Assembly: GCA_963707505.1 (NCBI GenBank)
Contig: CAVPQB010000004.1
Location: forward strand, 896,001-960,000
Direction of reading: 5' to 3'
Length of the DNA: 64,000 nt
Source: an uncultured Gemmatimonadales bacterium
GTDB taxonomy: Bacteria; Gemmatimonadota; Gemmatimonadetes; Gemmatimonadales; Gemmatimonadaceae
Shown piece by piece: positions 59,270 to 64,000 of the stretch. The notes under the pieces were generated by a model. It did not search any database and had not been told where the DNA came from. It saw only the letters and a list, made by a program, of their open reading frames with translations. Positions within the stretch are counted from its first letter, which is position 1. Each line of letters starts with the position of its first letter. The translations under genes and the position numbers were made by a program.

Positions 59270-59374
59270 CCGCAAAATTTGCCAGCGCGGCGGCGTGGAC
59301 GTAAGGCGGGTGCTGGCGTTGCGCCTGCGACCCGCCGGGCTTGGAGAGAACTCATCAAGATAGTCGGCCGGACG

Positions 59375-59403
59375 TTGACAACTGCCGCGGGTCCCGATAG
59401 CCT
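59375..59403 (+). promoter_or_regulatory. Putative sigma70 promoter
   Basis: TTGACA-N17-TAGCCT upstream of the leader and aminotransferase. Confidence 0.6.
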
Positions 59404-59434
59404 ATGTGCGGAAGACAAACCGCCAATAGCACCG

Positions 59435-59512
59435 ATGACCACCTCTCGCTTCATGCCGTTCAGCAAGTGCAAGCCACTCTCCTCTACGGGGATCTGGTTG
59501 ACGCATGCGTGA
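59435..59512 (+). CDS. Candidate leader peptide (25 aa)
   Basis: MTTSRFMPFSKCKPLSSTGIWLTHA*, located between the promoter and the terminator. Confidence 0.45.
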   Translation: MTTSRFMPFSKCKPLSSTGIWLTHA

Positions 59513-59533
59513 AGCTGCTCGAGTTTCATCCCC

Positions 59534-59572
59534 ATGCCCGCCAGACTTTTCGTCAGGCGGGCATTTTTTTTT
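59534..59572 (+). terminator. Intrinsic terminator/attenuator in the aminotransferase leader
   Basis: ATGCCCGCC...GGCGGGCAT stem followed by a T run, 40 nt before ATG 59612. Confidence 0.85.
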
Positions 59573-59611
59573 GCCATCAACTCACCAGGCCTCGGCCAAG
59601 GAAATCGATAG

Positions 59612-60845
59612 ATGCTCATAGCTGACCCCGAAGAATCGACAATTGCCCCCGCACCCATTCATTATCTCGATGCGATATCACTCGGGAAGATCGTTCAGAT
59701 TCGGGAGCAGTTGCTCAAGGCCCAGGCAACCGGAATGCGGGTGTTTCGCTTCGAGTCCGGCGACCCCAGCTTCAGTGTTGCTACTTCGGTGCTCGATGCG
59801 GTAGATGCCGCAGCGCGCGCAGGCAAGACTCACTACATACCGAACAACGGAATCCCGCAGCTTCGCGACGCACTCGCGGCCAAGGTCCGCAACCGCAACC
59901 ATCTCGTGGACGTTACGAGCGAAGATGTTTTCGTCACGAATGGTGCGATGCACGCGCTCTTCGTCACCTTCGGAGCATTGCTCGTTCCTGGTGACGAGGT
60001 GATAGTTCCGGATCCCATGTGGACCGAGGTTGTGGAGAACATACGGATGGCGGGCGGCGTCCCTGTCGGTGTCGAGCTCAGCGCGGCCGACGACTTCGAG
60101 TACCGTACCGATCGCATCGAGGCTGCGATCACGCCGCGTACACGCGCGATCTTCATCAACACGCCGCATAACCCGACCGGCGCCGTACTCTCGACCGAGC
60201 GATTGAAGGAAATCGTGGAGCTTGCCCGCGCCAATAACTTGTGGATCGTCTCCGACGAAGCCTACGAGGACGTGCTCTACGATCCATGGACCCACACGTC
60301 GATCGGATCGCTCGCAGGCGACTACGCCGATCGCGTCATCAGCATCTTCTCATTCTCCAAATCGCACGCGATGAGCGGGTTGCGCGTAGGGTACATCGTG
60401 ACACGGTCGCCATTGATGCACGACCGAATCCCCAAACTGCTTCGGTGTAGCATCAATGGTGTCAACAGCCTCGCGCAGTGGGCCGCGCTGGCCGCGGTGA
60501 ACGGGCCTGCAGGATCACCTGCTCGCAATGCGCAGCGAGTACGCGATACGGCGCGACATCATGCTCGGTGCGCTGTCCGGTATTCCCGGTGTCAGCGCGT
60601 TCGCAGCGCGCGGTGCCTTCTACGCCTGGGTCGAGCTCGACGACTCCGCATACCAGCGCCTCGGCGTACCCGACGCGGCCGCTCTATCCGAACGGCTTGC
60701 GGCAGCTGGAATCGGGAGCGCGCCCGGTGACGCGTTCGGCGAGACGTGCGCCGGCGCGATTCGCTTCGCGTTCAGCTGCGATACGGCGATGGTACGCGAG
60801 GGAAGTGTCCTGCTTCGCGCCGCGCTGTCCGAGGGACTTGCGTGA
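59612..60845 (+). CDS. Class I/II PLP aminotransferase (frameshift near 60508)
   Basis: NGAMHAL, INTPHNPTG, SDEAYE and SFSKSHAMSGLRVGY; the C-terminus (GAFY, PGDAFG, IRFAF) is in ORF 60528-60845. Confidence 0.9.
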
Positions 60846-61634
60846 CATCAACCGCTGAGCCGCTTCGCGTTGCGCTCGGCGAGTACGACATAGGGTGGCA
60901 TGATCCGGCTGACATCGCTCGATCGTGCGTCCGCCATCGTCGCCGCCGCGGCGATGAGCGGCGCTCATTTTGTCGTGCTGCCGGAGATGTGTACCACCGG
61001 CTTCACCATGGACGCCGATTTTGCGGAGCCACTGGAGGGAGAGAGCGTCACGCAGCTCTCGAAAATGGCGTCACAATCCAAAGTGTGGCTACTTGCCGGC
61101 GTCGCGACGCGAGACATGGATCCCGCAACGCGCACGGCGAGGAACTCGGCGTTGATGTTTTCACCCACCGGTGCGCTCGCCGCCGTTTACCACAAGCAGC
61201 GACTGTTCGCCTACGCGAATGAGCAGCGCGCCTACATTGGCGGCGAGCAGCCTCTCGTCATCGATGTAGATGGAGTGCGCGTAAGCCCATTCATCTGCTA
61301 CGATCTGCGATTTCCGGAACTATTTCGCGCGATCGCGGCGGAGACGGATCTGATCGTCGTCATTGCAAGCTGGCCCGCGGCGCGACGCGCGCATTGGGAC
61401 GCGCTGTTGCAGGCCCGTGCAATCGAGAACCAGTGCTACGTGATCGGCGTGAATCGCACGGGCGTCGGTGATTCAATCGTCTACGACGGTGGCTCCGCAG
61501 CGTACGACCCGTGGGGAACGCCGCTGGACCGATCGATTGTTCCCGGTGCAACCGACATCTCATCCGTGTCGGTTTCACCAGGAGAGGTAGGACGGGTCCG
61601 CGGGGCATATCCCTTCCTTGCCGATCGCCGTTAA
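60842..61634 (+). CDS. Nitrilase-family omega-amidase-like hydrolase (frameshift near 60908)
   Basis: LPEMCTTGF (E), YHKQRLF (K), ICYDLRFPE (C) and ARAIENQ; the N-terminus (M)TSTAEPLRVALGEYDIGWHDP is in another frame, and its GTG overlaps the upstream stop. Confidence 0.9.
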
Positions 61635-61711
61635 CGACGGTTGGACCTCGACGTCTATTCTCCTGAGCGTGCAGTCAACGTCAGTTTCACACTGCGGGAC
61701 GGAGGATTGAC

Positions 61712-62107
61712 ATGAGGTATGGACTTATTGCCGCAGCGGCGGCCGCGACCCTTTCCATAAGTGCCATTTCGGCTGGTGCGCAGGGCGTCATGCTGACACC
61801 AGCGAATGCCGCCTGGTGCAGTGTTCACCGCGATCGGTGCGCCGATGTGCGCGACGCGCGTTACGACCGGCGGGACGTTCGCCGGGACGCTCGCGACATC
61901 GCGTGGGATCGGCGCGAAATCCGCGCTGACAACCGTGTAGTCCGCCAGGACGTGCACGACATCCGCGTCGATCGTGCCTACCACAACCCCGCCGCGGTGC
62001 GCGCTGACCAGCGGTCCGCCGCAGCAGCCCAGCGGGCCGCGAACGCCGAGTATCGCGATATCTTCGGCGACCGTCGCGACATCAGAAACGATCGTCGCTG
62101 GCCGTAA
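61712..62107 (+). CDS. Secreted Asp/Arg-rich repeat protein
   Basis: GGAGGA RBS; signal peptide; repeated D-R-R-D-[VI]-R units. Confidence 0.75.
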   Translation: MRYGLIAAAAAATLSISAISAGAQGVMLTPANAAWCSVHRDRCADVRDARYDRRDVRRDARDIAWDRREIRADNRVVRQDVHDIRVDRAYHNPAAVRADQRSAAAAQRAANAEYRDIFGDRRDIRNDRRWP

Positions 62108-62117
62108 CTCCAACGCG

Positions 62118-62165
62118 AAAAAATAAGGAGGCCGTCGAGCGTGAACTCGGCGGCCTCCTTATTTT
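62118..62165. terminator. Bidirectional intrinsic terminator
   Basis: AAAATAAGGAGGCCGTCGAG / CTCGGCGGCCTCCTTATTTT between convergent genes. Confidence 0.88.
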
Positions 62166-62186
62166 CGTTGATCGCGGTCCCGTGTA

Positions 62187-62726
62187 TTATTGCGATCGCG
62201 CGTCGAGCGCCGCCGCGATGTCAGCCTCGAGTGCGCCGGTGCTACCGCACTGTACGGCCGCCGTCGACGAATTCTGATCCTTGGCCTTCGCCGCCAGGCT
62301 GGTCCGCACGATTGTCCCCGTGTTGGACGCCTGAAGCTGCGTCGCGACGCTGAGCCAAACGTGGTACGAGTTTGCGCGTTGCGTTCCGAATGGCGTGACA
62401 CCACAGTCGATGATGCGCGACATCGGCGTCTGCCCGAACCTGCCACTGAACTGCGCATTCTGGGCAGCGACTGCGAAGTCAGCGCTGTCGCGTGCAGTCA
62501 CTGGCAGTCCGAAATTGGAGTAAGCGGCATTGAGCTTCGCCCAGAGGCCGGCGGGCGTCCCCGCGACGTTTTGGGTCAGCACCCGGACGTCCTGTTTGTA
62601 CTCCAGCGACGCGCTGTTGCCAACCATCACCATTACTGGGTCCTGCCGCTGGTTCACCACAGATCCACTCGCGCAGCCAGCGATCGCGAGAACGGTGATC
62701 GTGAGCAATGACCGACGTATGTGCAT
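62187..62726 (-). CDS. Hypothetical lipoprotein
   Basis: AAGGAG RBS; lipobox IAGC; DCG and C.STG.LE cysteine motifs. Confidence 0.78.
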   Translation of the reverse strand: MHIRRSLLTITVLAIAGCASGSVVNQRQDPVMVMVGNSASLEYKQDVRVLTQNVAGTPAGLWAKLNAAYSNFGLPVTARDSADFAVAAQNAQFSGRFGQTPMSRIIDCGVTPFGTQRANSYHVWLSVATQLQASNTGTIVRTSLAAKAKDQNSSTAAVQCGSTGALEADIAAALDARSQ

Positions 62727-62804
62727 GCGACCGGCTCCTTCAGGATGGGGATGCTCTGCAGAAAGTAGCTGTTTAGGAGCGCGCCGGCTAGCGTGTTGCG
62801 GAGC

Positions 62805-63584
62805 TCATCCGCAGAGGACGCTCCCACCGTTCACGTTGACGATCTCTCCCGTGATGTGGCGTGCCAGTGACGAGCAGAGGAAGACGACGGGGCCGGCGAT
62901 GTCGGCCGGCGTCGCGATCCTGCCGAGCGGGATGCCGCCGGAAATCCGCTCGATCCCGTGACCGGAGATAGCGCCTGCCACCATCTCGGTATCGACCCAC
63001 CCCGGTGCGACGCAGTTGACGGTGACGTCGCGCGGCGCAAGCTCCACGGCGAGCGACTTGGTGATCGAGATCACGGCACCCTTCGTAGCCGCGTAGTCCG
63101 CGTGATACGCCTCACCGCGCTGGCCCGCCGTGCTCGAGATGAGCACGACCCTTCCGCCGTCTGTGATCCTCCTCGCGACTGCAGCGCCGGTGAAGAAAAT
63201 CGAGTCGAGGTTTTCACGCATCGTCCGATGCCAACGCGCAGCGTCCATGGTGCTCAGCGCCACCTCCTCCTCCGGCCAGATTCCGGCGTTGCCGACGAAG
63301 ATGTCGAGACCGCCGAGTTCGCGTATGGTCGCCTGAACGAGCTGGTGTGCGCCTTCTGCCGTCGCGACGTCGGCCGCATGTACCGCGGCGCGAACGCCGA
63401 ACGCACTGGCGTCGGCTGCAACAGAGCTGGCATCGTCGTGCCGGCTCCGGTAGCCTATCATGACGTCTGCGCCCGCCGCTGCCAGCAGTCGCGCTGTAGC
63501 CGCGCCTATCCCGCGCGACGCGCCGGTGACAAGTGCGCGACGACCTGCCAGATCGAGAATGCCACGTTCTGTGCTATGGGCCAT
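62805..63584 (-). CDS. Short-chain dehydrogenase/reductase (FabG-like)
   Basis: VTGASRGIG, NAG, YAATK, VNCVAPGWVDT and ITGE.VNVNGG. Confidence 0.93.
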   Translation of the reverse strand: MAHSTERGILDLAGRRALVTGASRGIGAATARLLAAAGADVMIGYRSRHDDASSVAADASAFGVRAAVHAADVATAEGAHQLVQATIRELGGLDIFVGNAGIWPEEEVALSTMDAARWHRTMRENLDSIFFTGAAVARRITDGGRVVLISSTAGQRGEAYHADYAATKGAVISITKSLAVELAPRDVTVNCVAPGWVDTEMVAGAISGHGIERISGGIPLGRIATPADIAGPVVFLCSSLARHITGEIVNVNGGSVLCG

Positions 63585-63671
63585 GGCACAATGTATCCGC
63601 TACACGGCTCGAGGCGGGAGGGGCGGGAGATCGCCGCCGTGCCGTCGGTGACGCATGCGAAGCCTCAGTCG

Positions 63672-64000
63672 CTAGGCGACGCGGCCCTTCATTCGGCGTT
63701 CGCGATTGACGCAGCGCGATGCGTGGCCGGCGGCCCACCCCGCGACGTCACTGCCTGGCATCGGGTGCGCAAAGAAATAGCCCTGACCATACTTGCAACC
63801 AAGCTCAGCCAGAATATCGCACTGCTCCTGCGTCTCGATCCCTTCCGCGAGCGTCCGCACTTTCATCATCTCGCCCAGCGCGACGATAGTGCGCGCGAGT
63901 GCCCCGTCACCGCCGCTGCGCGCGATTCCTTCGACGAACGTCTTGTCGACCTTCAGCACGTCGATCGGGAACCGTTGCAGGTAGCTCAGCGACGAGTAGC
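63672..64000 (-). CDS. EAL-domain protein, C-terminal part (runs off window)
   Basis: YSSLSYLQRFPIDVLKVDKTF, AEGIET and GC.YGQGYFF..P. Confidence 0.92.
   Translation of the reverse strand, partial: YSSLSYLQRFPIDVLKVDKTFVEGIARSGGDGALARTIVALGEMMKVRTLAEGIETQEQCDILAELGCKYGQGYFFAHPMPGSDVAGWAAGHASRCVNRERRMKGRVA

Noticed and set aside
59349..59440. SAM-I riboswitch suggested by CTCATCAAGA
   Set aside because: The following SAM-I core elements (GAGGGA..GGCCC, GCAACC, GTGC..AATTCC, closing GATGAG) are absent, and the segment reads better as a promoter.

Overview
GC-rich bacterial chromosome segment from a diderm: it encodes a porin, a TonB-dependent receptor and lipoproteins, and the gene content suggests Gemmatimonadota (inference). 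From left to right: (i) a K+ uptake locus, with small peptide-kdpFABC-porin-kdpD(N-terminal half) on the minus strand and kdpE plus a separate DUF4118 kinase half divergently on the plus strand; (ii) peptidases, housekeeping enzymes, a NitT/TauT-like ABC transporter and SCO/PCuAC copper chaperones; (iii) kup with a riboswitch-like leader; (iv) chdC/hemQ, an MBOAT pair and tRNA-Pro(GGG); (v) a TonB receptor, signalling and efflux genes; (vi) a translationally coupled hemA-C-D-B-E-H-Y-L operon; (vii) ggt, plsC, an attenuated aminotransferase/omega-amidase pair, an SDR and a partial EAL gene. No integrase, transposase, CRISPR array or rRNA was seen. Apparent single-base indel frameshifts cluster at 1-6.2 kb and 60.5-61 kb and look like sequencing errors. 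The most striking observations are: three heme enzymes (HemA, HemC, HemY) that each cleanly lack one whole domain; a 14-bp tandem repeat forming a relay of ATGA-coupled minigenes between kdpE and its kinase; a candidate cation-sensing riboswitch before kup; an unannotated membrane peptide before kdpF; and a leader-peptide attenuator. All family assignments come from motif recognition by eye; no searches were run.
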